Both the position numbers and the translations under genes were made by a program. From NCBI GenBank assembly GCA_964614915.1, contig CAZTNC010000019.1, positions 2,091-66,090 of the forward strand: DNA of 64,000 bases, in the 5' to 3' direction. Below are positions 40,417 to 49,385 of this stretch, one piece after another. This DNA is from an uncultured Thiotrichales bacterium. Lineage in GTDB: Bacteria > Pseudomonadota > Gammaproteobacteria > UBA4575. The number at the start of each line of letters is the position of its first letter. Within the stretch, counting starts at the first letter, position 1. Below the pieces are notes generated by a model. The model was not told the origin of the DNA, did not search any database, and saw nothing but the letters and a program-made list of their open reading frames with translations.

Positions 40417-41248
40417 CGGTGTGCTCCTCCACGGGGCCCTTGACCGCCGGCTTGACATAGATGGGTGCAAAAGGCTTGGACTGGACCAGTTCAATGGCAT
40501 GGTTTTTCAGCAGTTCCAGCAAGGCCAGGAATGTCACGATGACGGCACCGCGTCCTTCCTGTGGATCGAACAGCCTGGGAAACTCGACAAAATCCTCAAC
40601 GCCCAGCATGCTCAGTATGCTGGTCATGCGCTCCCTGACCGACAGGCGCTCGCGCTCGATGTGGTGACTGGCAAACATCTGCGCGCGCTGCATGACTTCC
40701 TGGAAAGCGAACAGCAATTCCTTGAAATCCACGTCCGGGCGGGGACGCTCAAGGTGGTGTTCGGTCTGGATAACGGACACCCCGAACGTATCCCGGTGCA
40801 TGCGCGGCAGCGCATCGATCTGCTCCGAGGCCTGCTTGAACCTCTCGTATTCCTGCAGCCTGCGGATCAGTTCAGAACGCGGGTCCTCCTCCTCTTCCTC
40901 GACCGAAGGCTGGGGCAGCAGCATGCGTGACTTGATCTCCGCCAGCATGGCGGCCATGACCAGGTACTCGGCGGCAAGCTCCAGGCGCATTTCCTTCATG
41001 AGGCCGATGTATTCCATGTACTGCTGCGTGATCTGGAGGATGGGCAGGGCCACGATGTCCAGGTTCTGGCGCTTGATCAGGTACAGCAACAGGTCCAGCG
41101 GGCCCTCGAAGGCGTCCAGGAAGATTTCCAGGGCATCGGGAGGAATGTACAGGTCTTCGGGGGGAACCGTGATCGGCTCGCCCTTGACGACGGCAAACGG
41201 CAGCTCCGCCTGCGGATGATCCGGTGACTGGGAATCGGCTTTTCTCAT
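40409..41248 (-). CDS. scpA: Segregation/condensation protein A
   Basis: 'FEGPLDLLLYLI', 'AAEYLVMAAMLAEIKSRMLLP', 'VTFLALLEL'. Confidence 0.95.
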   Translation of the reverse strand: MRKADSQSPDHPQAELPFAVVKGEPITVPPEDLYIPPDALEIFLDAFEGPLDLLLYLIKRQNLDIVALPILQITQQYMEYIGLMKEMRLELAAEYLVMAAMLAEIKSRMLLPQPSVEEEEEDPRSELIRRLQEYERFKQASEQIDALPRMHRDTFGVSVIQTEHHLERPRPDVDFKELLFAFQEVMQRAQMFASHHIERERLSVRERMTSILSMLGVEDFVEFPRLFDPQEGRGAVIVTFLALLELLKNHAIELVQSKPFAPIYVKPAVKGPVEEHTDE

Positions 41249-41253
41249 GGCGG

Positions 41254-42471
41254 CTACCCGTAGGCCATCCCGATGGCCTCGCGGACATCGTCCAAGGTAG
41301 CACGCGCCACCTCGCGCGCCTTGTCACAGCCTTCCCGGATGATACCGCGCACGGTGGACGCATCCTGCTGGTACTCGTGGGCGCGCTCACGGATCGGCTT
41401 GAGCTCGGACTCGACGGCATCAATGACAGGCTGCTTGCATTCGATGCAGCCGATGCCGGCACTGCGACAGCCTTCCTGTACCCAGTGCTGGACCTCGTCG
41501 GAGGAATAGATCTTGTGCAGTTGCCAGACCGGGCACTTTTGCGGCTCACCCGGGTCGGTGCGCTTGATCCGGGACGGGTCGGTCGGCATGGTGCGTATTT
41601 TCTTTTCGGTAACGGCCGCCTCTTCGCGCAGGGAAATGGTGTTCTGGTAGGACTTGGACATCTTCTGCCCGTCCAGGCCGGTCATCTTCAGGGTCTTGGC
41701 CAGCAGCGGCTGGGGTTCGGGCAGGATGGTTTTCCCTTCGCCCCGCAGGTAGCCGAACAGGCACTCGCGGTCACGGATCGAGATATTCTGCTGGCTCTGC
41801 AGCAAGGCGTGCGCTATCTCCAAGGATTCCTGGTCTCCCTGTTCCTGGTACCGTTTGCGGTACTGGCGGTACAGCTTGGCATTCTTCTTGCCGATCTTGG
41901 CAATGGCAAGCTTTGCCTTCTCCTCGAAATCCGGTGCCTTCCCATACAGGAAATTGAACCTCCGTGCCACCTCGCGAGTCAGCTCGACATGCGCCACCTG
42001 GTCTTCACCGACGGGCACATGACTCGCTTTGTATACCAGAATATCCGCACTCTGTAAAAGCGGGTAGCCCAGAAACCCGTAGGTCGCCAGGTCCTTCTCC
42101 TTGAGTTTCTCCTGCTGGTCCTTGTAGGTCGGCACGCGCTCCAGCCAGCCCAGCGGCGTGATCATCGACAACAGCAGGTGCAATTCCGCATGTTCCGGGA
42201 TGTGCGACTGAACGAACAGCGTGGCCGCATTCGGATTGACGCCCACCGCGAGCCAGTCGACCACCATGTCCATCACGCTCTGGGAGATGACCCGGGAATT
42301 ATCGTACTCGGTGGTCAGGGCATGCCAGTCGGCAACGAAGAAAAAGCACTCGTGCGTGTGCTGCAGCTTGAGCCAGTTGTACAGCACGCCGTGCAGGTGT
42401 CCGAGGTGCAGTGCCCCGGTCGGGCGCATGCCTGAAAGCACGCGCTGGTTTTGTGAAGAGTCCGGGTTCAT
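41254..42471 (-). CDS. trpS: Tryptophan--tRNA ligase
   Basis: 'SGMRPTGALHLGH', 'YPLLQSADIL', 'VPVGEDQ', 'KMSKS'. Confidence 0.97.
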   Translation of the reverse strand: MNPDSSQNQRVLSGMRPTGALHLGHLHGVLYNWLKLQHTHECFFFVADWHALTTEYDNSRVISQSVMDMVVDWLAVGVNPNAATLFVQSHIPEHAELHLLLSMITPLGWLERVPTYKDQQEKLKEKDLATYGFLGYPLLQSADILVYKASHVPVGEDQVAHVELTREVARRFNFLYGKAPDFEEKAKLAIAKIGKKNAKLYRQYRKRYQEQGDQESLEIAHALLQSQQNISIRDRECLFGYLRGEGKTILPEPQPLLAKTLKMTGLDGQKMSKSYQNTISLREEAAVTEKKIRTMPTDPSRIKRTDPGEPQKCPVWQLHKIYSSDEVQHWVQEGCRSAGIGCIECKQPVIDAVESELKPIRERAHEYQQDASTVRGIIREGCDKAREVARATLDDVREAIGMAYG

Positions 42472-42476
42472 CGGCT

Positions 42477-43127
42477 TCAGACAGGGATTCCGAACAGTCT
42501 GCCGATGACAGAAGAGAAAAACTGCAGCAGCGGATGCAGGATAAACGTCAGGCCCCCGAGGGCCAGCAGCGCGAACACGATCAACATCCCCAGGGGTTCC
42601 ACTTTTTCGAGCACCGGCAGAAAACGCATAGGTGCCAGCCCCGCCAGGATCCGCCCGCCATCCAGTGGCGGGATGGGGATCAGGTTGACCAGACAGAGCA
42701 CCAGGTTGATGACGATCCCTGCCTGCCCGGCCAGGATCAGCGGCATAGCGACCCACTGCGACTCATCCAGCAACAGGAAGCCCAGCTTCATGACCAGGGC
42801 CCAGCCCAGGGCCATCACCACGTTGGCGGCAGGGCCTGCCGCCGCCACCCAGATCATGTCCCGCTTGGGGTTTCGCAACTGCGCGAAATTCACCGGCACG
42901 GGCTTGGCCCAGCCGAAGCCAAAGCCCACCAGCACGACCAGAATGATCGGCACCAGGACAGTGCCCAAAGGATCAATGTGTCGTAGAGGGTTCAGGCTCA
43001 GCCTACCGAGGATGGCCGCCGTGGGATCACCGTACTGCTTGGCGACCCAGCCATGCGCGACTTCATGTAGCGTGATAGCCAGCAGGACCGGGATGGCCCA
43101 GATGGCAATGGTTTGCATGACATTCAT
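42477..43127 (-). CDS. Site-2 protease (M50) family protein
   Basis: 'ITLHEVAHG' (HEXXH), 'AGPAAN', 'NLIPIPPLDGGRI'. Confidence 0.93.
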   Translation of the reverse strand: MNVMQTIAIWAIPVLLAITLHEVAHGWVAKQYGDPTAAILGRLSLNPLRHIDPLGTVLVPIILVVLVGFGFGWAKPVPVNFAQLRNPKRDMIWVAAAGPAANVVMALGWALVMKLGFLLLDESQWVAMPLILAGQAGIVINLVLCLVNLIPIPPLDGGRILAGLAPMRFLPVLEKVEPLGMLIVFALLALGGLTFILHPLLQFFSSVIGRLFGIPV

Positions 43128-43168
43128 CGGCGAGCTTTTATTATACGCCGCATCGCAGGCAAGTTGCA

Positions 43169-43798
43169 TTAAGCGGCATCCACCAGCCAGCCCGTATCCC
43201 CTTTCCCCTGCCGTTCAATGGTGGGGCTTTCCGTCGTCAGGTTGATGACGGTCGTGGCCTTCACCCCGCAATAGCCACCATCGATCACCAGGTCCACCTC
43301 ATGCTCCAGGCGCTCGCGCATGGTCTGCGGGTCCGACATCGGTTCGGCATCGCCGGGCAGGATCAGCGTGCTGCTCATCAGGGGTCCGCCGAGCTCTTCG
43401 CACAGCTGCAGGGCCACCGCATGGTCGGGCACCCTCAGCCCGATGGTCCGGCGCTTCGGAGACAGCAGGCGTCGCGGCACCTCGTGGGTTGCCTTAAGCA
43501 AAAAGGTGTAGGGTCCCGGGGTACAGCGCTTCATGAGCCGGTACGCGCTGTTGTCCACCATAGCGTAGGTGGACAGCTCGGACAGGTCCCGGCATACCAG
43601 GGTGAAGTGATGTTTCTCATTGACCTGGCGAATCCTGCGAATCCTCTGCATGGCATGCTTGTCACCGATGTGGCAGCCGAGCGCATAGCAGGAGTCGGTC
43701 GGATACACGATCAGCCCGCCCTGATCGATGATCTGCACGGCACGCTGGATCAGGCGTTTTTGTGCCGTTTTCGGATGGATGACGAAATACTGGGACAT
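43169..43798 (-). CDS. yciO: YciO / SUA5-TsaC family protein
   Basis: 'IVYPTDSCYALGC', 'HHFTLVCRDLSE', 'PGPYTFLL', 'TIGLRVP'. Confidence 0.9.
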   Translation of the reverse strand: MSQYFVIHPKTAQKRLIQRAVQIIDQGGLIVYPTDSCYALGCHIGDKHAMQRIRRIRQVNEKHHFTLVCRDLSELSTYAMVDNSAYRLMKRCTPGPYTFLLKATHEVPRRLLSPKRRTIGLRVPDHAVALQLCEELGGPLMSSTLILPGDAEPMSDPQTMRERLEHEVDLVIDGGYCGVKATTVINLTTESPTIERQGKGDTGWLVDAA

Positions 43799-43872
43799 TA
43801 TTGAGAAGAAACGATGGCTCGAGAAGGATTATACGCGCATGAACACTGTCCGGGTACGTAATGAGCCGTTAT

Positions 43873-44010
43873 CTGCTATGGGAATTATATACTTGAGTGC
43901 CGCACGCTAATGTGGCACTTCCGTACCCATTTGACGCTTCGCAGGCCAGCTGATGCTGCCACCTCCACGTCCAGTAGCCCCATTCCCGAAGGCCAATATA
44001 TTCCGTGCAG
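43873..44010 (-). ncRNA. Predicted TnpB omega-RNA overlapping the tnpB 3' end; limits uncertain
   Basis: GC-rich tail after the last RuvC Asp, a GTGCC-N12-GGCAC hairpin followed by TCAA, then the inverted repeat. Inferred from known TnpB loci. Confidence 0.55.
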
Positions 44011-45134
44011 CATTTATGTCTGCATGGTCCCAATACCCGCAGGCCACACATTCATGGTAGGTCCGGGTCTTTCTGTTCTTCCTGTCCGTGTGTCCGCACG
44101 CATGGCAGGTCTGGCTGGTGTACGCAGGATGTACCTTCATCACGCGGGCCTTGTACCCGAGGCACTGCTCCAGTTTGTACCAGCCGGAACCGAGGATCTC
44201 TCGATTCAATCCCGCTTTCTGTTTCACATGCTTGCCGGGATGCTCTTGGGTTCCTTTGGCAGATTTCGTCATCGCCTGGATGTTCAAATCCTCAAGATAG
44301 ACAAGGTCGTACTTTGACGCTATTTCTTTGCTGACCTGGTGGCACCAGTCGGTGCGCGCCTGTACGATCTTACGGTGGACTCTGGCGTGGAGTCGTTTCG
44401 CCTTCAGGTAGCGGTGGCTTGGTTTAATACCCTGCTTCCAGTTACCACACTGTCTCCTTGCCATCATGCGCTGATAGCGCCTTTTGCGGGCTTCCAGTGT
44501 GCCAACATCGGGGGTGTAGTGGATGGTGCCATCCGAGAGGGCGACCTGACCAACGTTGCGGTCGATGCCTACAGGCTTAAGGCTTTCAGCTTGCGTTGTA
44601 ACCACGACTTCATACACGATATACGCATACCATTTGCCGCACTCGTACTTGATCGTGCCGCTCTTGGCAATGCCGTCGGGATAGGGATTGTTCCCTATCA
44701 GCTTGAGTTGGCCGATGCGCTGCACGTGCAACCAGTCGCCCTGAATCCTGAACAGCCCAGTCCCCAGCGGAATAGAAGGCACATGCGTGTGCTTGCCGTG
44801 GAACTTCGGAAGACCGCCTTCACCCTTCCAGAACTGCTTGTAGGTGTTTTCAATAGGTTTCAGGGACAATTTGACGATGTTGGCCGAGTAGTCCTGCAGC
44901 CACGGGATTTGCTTCCTGAGATGGGTAAATCTCAGACCCAGTGAATACCAGCAAGTATCACATTTTCCGTATGCCTCATATTCGTCCCTGAGTACTTCAA
45001 CAAAGTGGTTCCAGACATATCTGCATGCGCCCGCCAGTTCATGCAGCCTGTGAGCCTTAGCCTGCGTGTTCGGATGCAGGCGATAGCGGATGGTACGGTG
45101 CGCTTCCATTGCGGCCTTAAAGTATATAATTCCC
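43880..45134 (-). mobile_element. 1255-bp non-autonomous element: tnpB between 15-bp terminal inverted repeats (GGGAATTATATACTT), flanked by an 8-bp target-site duplication (TCTGCTAT / TTTGCTAT)
   Basis: 43880-43894 and 45120-45134 are exact reverse complements. Flanks 43872-43879 and 45135-45142 match 7/8 as direct repeats. There is no transposase inside. Confidence 0.8.
43907..45109 (-). CDS. tnpB: RNA-guided endonuclease TnpB (400 aa), RuvC triad intact
   Basis: N-terminal HTH 'YRLHP...AGACRYVWN', RuvC 'VGIDRNV', 'LEDLNI' and 'HADINAARNI', zinc finger 'TSQTCHAC...CVAC'. Confidence 0.95.
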   Translation of the reverse strand: MEAHRTIRYRLHPNTQAKAHRLHELAGACRYVWNHFVEVLRDEYEAYGKCDTCWYSLGLRFTHLRKQIPWLQDYSANIVKLSLKPIENTYKQFWKGEGGLPKFHGKHTHVPSIPLGTGLFRIQGDWLHVQRIGQLKLIGNNPYPDGIAKSGTIKYECGKWYAYIVYEVVVTTQAESLKPVGIDRNVGQVALSDGTIHYTPDVGTLEARKRRYQRMMARRQCGNWKQGIKPSHRYLKAKRLHARVHRKIVQARTDWCHQVSKEIASKYDLVYLEDLNIQAMTKSAKGTQEHPGKHVKQKAGLNREILGSGWYKLEQCLGYKARVMKVHPAYTSQTCHACGHTDRKNRKTRTYHECVACGYWDHADINAARNILAFGNGATGRGGGSISWPAKRQMGTEVPH

Positions 45135-45221
45135 TTTGCTATCCTTTGCGCAATAAAATTATGTATATGTGGTCCGGGTCCTTCAGGACACCAAGCGGCC
45201 AGTATCCCTGAGTGAGCCATC

Positions 45222-45521
45222 ATGCTTTATGCCATTATCAGCCAAGATGTAGCAGACAGTCTAGCCAAGCGAAAGTCGGTCCGAGACCAGCACATCGCGC
45301 GTCTTGACGAGTTGAAAGACCAGGGCCGCCTGGTGCTGGCGGGCCCTCACCCGGCCGTCGACAGCCCCGACCCGGGAGAAGCCGGGTTCACGGGCAGCCT
45401 GATCGTAGCTGAATTCGAGTCCCTGCAGGCGGCGCAAGCGTGGGCCGATGCCGATCCCTACATTGCAGCCGGGGTCTATGAACAGGTGGTGGTCAAGCCT
45501 TTCAAGCGGGTCCTGCCGTAA
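45222..45521 (+). CDS. yciI: YciI family protein
   Basis: 'RDQHIARL', '[10 protein letters not shown]', 'GSLIVAEF', 'WADADPY'. Confidence 0.95.
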   Translation: MLYAIISQDVADSLAKRKSVRDQHIARLDELKDQGRLVLAGPHPAVDSPDPGEAGFTGSLIVAEFESLQAAQAWADADPYIAAGVYEQVVVKPFKRVLP

Positions 45522-45565
45522 CCCACTACAGGTTTGCAGGATCACGGACCTGCAAGTTCGCGGTA

Positions 45566-46192
45566 CTACCGGATCAGTTCCATGAATTCGGCACGCGAGC
45601 GGGAATCGTCGCGGAAGGCTCCGAGCATGGAGCTGGTCACCGTCTTGCTGTTCTGCTTCTGCACGCCGCGCATGATCATGCAAAAATGACTGGCCTCAAG
45701 CACCACGGCCACGCCGTGTGCATCGAGCACGTCCAGCAGGCCGCTTGCGATCTGCGTGGTCAGTCTTTCCTGCACCTGCAGGCGTCTTGCAAACACGTCC
45801 ACGACGCGTGCAATCTTGCTCAGGCCGATGACGCGCCCCTTGGGCAGGTAGCCAATGTGCGCACGGCCATAGAACGGCAGGATGTGGTGCTCACACAGGG
45901 AATAGAATTCCACGTCCTTGACGATCACCATCTCCTCGCATTGCTCTTCGAACAGGGCATCGCTGACCACGTCTGAGACGCTGAGTTCATAGCCACTGGT
46001 CAAGAAATGCAGGGCTCTTGAGACGCGCTTGGGGGTATCGAGCAGGCCGTCACGCCCGGGATTCTCACCAAGCAGTTGCAACACCTTGCGCACCCCGGCC
46101 TCGAGCTCGGGGTCTCGATCGTCGTTGTCCGCAACCACATCTTCCTGCAGATAGCGACCACCGGCCAGTATTTCAAGCGCTTTTCTGTTCAT
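45566..46192 (-). CDS. folE: GTP cyclohydrolase I
   Basis: '[11 protein letters not shown]', '[11 protein letters not shown]', 'GLSKIARVV', '[10 protein letters not shown]', 'HFCMIMRGV'. Confidence 0.97.
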   Translation of the reverse strand: MNRKALEILAGGRYLQEDVVADNDDRDPELEAGVRKVLQLLGENPGRDGLLDTPKRVSRALHFLTSGYELSVSDVVSDALFEEQCEEMVIVKDVEFYSLCEHHILPFYGRAHIGYLPKGRVIGLSKIARVVDVFARRLQVQERLTTQIASGLLDVLDAHGVAVVLEASHFCMIMRGVQKQNSKTVTSSMLGAFRDDSRSRAEFMELIR

Positions 46193-46283
46193 GCGCAAAC
46201 TCCAGAGTTCGGTGTGTCCATGGCACCACCGCCGTGATCATAGCAGCTTGCGGTGCAACAGTTAAAACCCGCGCAACCCGGCA

Positions 46284-47018
46284 CTATTCGTCATCCAGCT
46301 CTTCGTAGAGATCGTCGTCCAGAGGGACCTGGCCATCGCGGACCAGAAACTCGCGGTTGTCCAGGTAGGCGTCGCGGATGAAAACGTAACGCTCATGCCC
46401 GAGTTCATCGGTTCTGGCTTCCAGTTTCAGGTACTGGCTGCGTTCGTTGATGACATTGAGCGAAACCAGCGCGGTTTCCTCCGAGGCCGAAAGTTCCGGG
46501 AAGGTATTCATCCAAAAGGTGATGTCGGCCAGCCGGCCCGGGGCATCCCGCAGGTTGCTGGGACCGAGAAACGGCAGCACCACGTAGGGTCCTGTGCCGA
46601 TCCCCCAGTACCCCAGGGTCTGCCCGAAATCCTCGTCGTGCTTGGTCAGGCCGAGTTGACTGGCTACATCAAACCACCCTGCCAGACCGAGCGTTGTGTT
46701 GACCAGCACACGGCCGGTGTCCGAACCCGCCTCGGCAAACTTGAGCTGCAACAGGTTGTTGATGGCCACCCCGATGTCGCCAAGGTTCGAGAAGAAGTTT
46801 GCGACGCCGGTTTCGACTGCATCCGGTGCCACCGCCTGGTAGCCCCGGGTCACCGGGGTCAGCACGAGCCGGTCCACGGTTTCGTTGAAGTCGAATACCA
46901 TGCGGTTCAGCCCTTCCCAGGGGTCTCCAGGATGCTGAACCGGGTCTTCTGCCACAGCGCTCAGGCACAGCAGCATGCCCACGAAAATGGCCCAGGCGCG
47001 CCACGGTACTGTCTTCAT
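46284..47018 (-). CDS. mlaA: MlaA/VacJ family protein
   Basis: 'DPWEGLNR', 'NFFSNL', 'EDFGQTLGYWG', 'GPYVVLPFLGPS', 'DAYL'. Confidence 0.93.
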   Translation of the reverse strand: MKTVPWRAWAIFVGMLLCLSAVAEDPVQHPGDPWEGLNRMVFDFNETVDRLVLTPVTRGYQAVAPDAVETGVANFFSNLGDIGVAINNLLQLKFAEAGSDTGRVLVNTTLGLAGWFDVASQLGLTKHDEDFGQTLGYWGIGTGPYVVLPFLGPSNLRDAPGRLADITFWMNTFPELSASEETALVSLNVINERSQYLKLEARTDELGHERYVFIRDAYLDNREFLVRDGQVPLDDDLYEELDDE

Positions 47019-47046
47019 CCCTGTCTTAACCCGTGTATCCAATGTT

Positions 47047-48267
47047 TCAGCTTTGTGAAGCCTTGGATTTTGCCATAATTCGCATCCGCAGGGCATTCAA
47101 TTTTATGAAGCCGTCCGCATCCTGTTGATCATAGGCGCCTTTATCGTCCTCGAACGTGGCGATGCCCGGATCGAACAAGCTGTGGCTTTCCGATTTTCGC
47201 CCGACGATCTGCACGCTGCCCTTGTAGAGTTTGGCACGCACCGTACCGTTCACCTCGGCCTGCGTGGCATCGATCAGCTTCTGCATGGCGCCTCGCTCCG
47301 GACTCCACCAGTAGCCGTTGTAGACCAGGGCGGCATAGCGGGGCATCAGCTCGTCCTTGAGGTGTGCAACTTCCCGGTCCAGGGTCACGGACTCCATGGC
47401 CCGGTGGGCCTTGTGCAAAATCGTCCCCCCCGGGGTCTCGTAACAGCCGCGGGATTTCATGCCGACATAGCGGTTCTCCACGATATCCAGGCGGCCGATG
47501 CCGTGCATGCCGGCGATGGCATTCAGTTCGCGCAGCAGGTGCGACGGGCTGTGGCGCTCGCCGTCCAGGCTGACCGCATCGCCCTGCTCGAAGCCGATTT
47601 CAACGTAGCGGGGCTCGTCCGGGGCCTTGGCAGGGGAGCAGGTCAGCTGCCACATGTCCTCCTCGGGCTCCGCCCAGGGATCCTCCAGCCCACCTCCCTC
47701 GTACGAGACGTGCAGCAAATTGGCATCCATGGAATACGGCGAGGCCTGGCCCTGCTTGTGTTCAATGGGGATGTCGTGTCGGGCGGCGTACTCCAGCAGT
47801 TTCTCGCGCGAGTTCAGGTCCCATTCACGCCAGGGTGCGATAACCTTGATCTCCGGGTCGAGCGCGTAGGCGCCGAGTTCAAAGCGCACCTGGTCGTTGC
47901 CCTTTCCCGTGGCCCCGTGTGCAATAGCATCGCCGCCCACCTCCCGGGCAATTTCCACGAGGCGCTTGGCTATCAGGGGGCGGGCAATCGAGGTGCCCAG
48001 CAGGTACTCACCTTCGTAGACGGCATTGGCCCGCATCATGGGGAAGACGAAATCGCGCACGAATTCCTCGCACAGATCCTCGATGTAGATCTCGCGGACA
48101 CCGAGGGCCTCGGCCTTGGCCCGTGCGGATTCAATCTCCTTGCCCTGGCCGATATCCGCGGTAAATGTTACGACCTCGCACTGGTACGACTCGGCCAGCC
48201 ACTTGAGGATGACCGAGGTGTCCAGACCGCCCGAATAGGCAAGTACAACTTTTCGAACTGATGACAT
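47047..48267 (-). CDS. argG: Argininosuccinate synthase
   Basis: '[12 protein letters not shown]', '[10 protein letters not shown]', '[14 protein letters not shown]', '[16 protein letters not shown]'. Confidence 0.98.
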   Translation of the reverse strand: MSSVRKVVLAYSGGLDTSVILKWLAESYQCEVVTFTADIGQGKEIESARAKAEALGVREIYIEDLCEEFVRDFVFPMMRANAVYEGEYLLGTSIARPLIAKRLVEIAREVGGDAIAHGATGKGNDQVRFELGAYALDPEIKVIAPWREWDLNSREKLLEYAARHDIPIEHKQGQASPYSMDANLLHVSYEGGGLEDPWAEPEEDMWQLTCSPAKAPDEPRYVEIGFEQGDAVSLDGERHSPSHLLRELNAIAGMHGIGRLDIVENRYVGMKSRGCYETPGGTILHKAHRAMESVTLDREVAHLKDELMPRYAALVYNGYWWSPERGAMQKLIDATQAEVNGTVRAKLYKGSVQIVGRKSESHSLFDPGIATFEDDKGAYDQQDADGFIKLNALRMRIMAKSKASQS

Positions 48268-48357
48268 ACTATGCGCTTGAACAGTAGATGAAATGACCGG
48301 GTGAACTCACCCTGCGAAGTATAGCCTAAAGGCGCAACCCGCTTTGACAAATCACCG

Positions 48358-48981
48358 ATGAGTGACACACCCTCCCAGGATTGCGTTCCTATTGGCAATC
48401 GCTTTCGCGGCTTTTGCCCGGTGGTAGTGGACGTGGAAACCGGCGGCTTCAATGCCAGCACCGATGCCCTGCTTGAGGTCGCCGCCGTGCTGGTCGGCAT
48501 GGACCAGAAGCGGCAGTTTTATTGCCAGCGCACGATTGCAGCCCACGTGCGGCCCTTCGAAGGCGCCAACCTGGACCCCGCCTCGCTGGAGGTAAACGGC
48601 ATCGACCCCTTTCACCCGCTGAGAATCGCGCTGCCCGAAGAGGAGGCCCTGCAGAAAATCTTCGTGCCGGTCCACAGGCACGTCCAGGAAAACCGGTGCA
48701 CCCGCGCCATCCTGGTCGGCCACAATGCCTTTTTCGACCTGGGATTCATCAAGGCCGCCGTGGAGCGCACCGGCATCAAGAACAATCCCTTTCACCCGTT
48801 CAGCAACCTCGACACGGTCACGCTGGGCGCGCTGGCCTATGGCCAGACCGTGCTCTCAAGGATTGCCGTGGCAGCCAATCTCGACTGGGAATCCAGCAGC
48901 GCGCACTCGGCCGTCTACGATGCCGAAAAGACTGCTGCGATATTCTGCGAAGTGATGAACCGGTGGGAGATGCAGATCTAA
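48358..48981 (+). CDS. rnt: Ribonuclease T
   Basis: 'RFRGFCPVVVDVETGGFN', 'LVGHNAFFDLGF', 'NPFHPFS', 'AHSAVYDAEKTA'. Confidence 0.96.
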   Translation: MSDTPSQDCVPIGNRFRGFCPVVVDVETGGFNASTDALLEVAAVLVGMDQKRQFYCQRTIAAHVRPFEGANLDPASLEVNGIDPFHPLRIALPEEEALQKIFVPVHRHVQENRCTRAILVGHNAFFDLGFIKAAVERTGIKNNPFHPFSNLDTVTLGALAYGQTVLSRIAVAANLDWESSSAHSAVYDAEKTAAIFCEVMNRWEMQI

Positions 48982-49009
48982 AAGTGCCGCAGGCGCCTGC
49001 GCACCCCGT

Positions 49010-49330
49010 CTAGTCGCTGTCAGCGGCCGCACTCACCATCTTCTGCAGCTCACCGCGCTCATGCAGGTCCAGGGTGATGTCGCACCCGCCCACCAGTTCG
49101 CCCTGGATGTAGAGTTGCGGGAACGTGGGCCAATCGGCAAAACGCGGCAGGTTTTCGAATATCTCCGGGTCCATCAGGACATTCACGTAGGCAAACTCGT
49201 GACCGCAGGCCTTGAGCGCCTCGGCGGTACGGCTCGAAAAACCGCATTGAGGCATCTGCGGCGTACCTTTCATATACAGGATGACAGGATTTGACTCCAC
49301 CTGCTCCTTGATCCGGTCCAATACATCCAT
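49010..49330 (-). CDS. grxD: Monothiol glutaredoxin
   Basis: 'YMKGTPQMPQCGFS', 'WPTFPQLY', 'GGCDI'. Confidence 0.96.
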   Translation of the reverse strand: MDVLDRIKEQVESNPVILYMKGTPQMPQCGFSSRTAEALKACGHEFAYVNVLMDPEIFENLPRFADWPTFPQLYIQGELVGGCDITLDLHERGELQKMVSAAADSD

Positions 49331-49385
49331 GACCACGCTCTCCTGAAACATTTTGCTTGTGGACTTCTATTGTACTGCGGGGCGG

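Noticed and set aside
43907-45223. Standard IS200/IS605 element with tnpA, or a 438-aa TnpB starting at 45223
   Set aside because: There is no tnpA or serine recombinase and no room for a hairpin left end. The extended start would run through the inverted repeat and overlap yciI.
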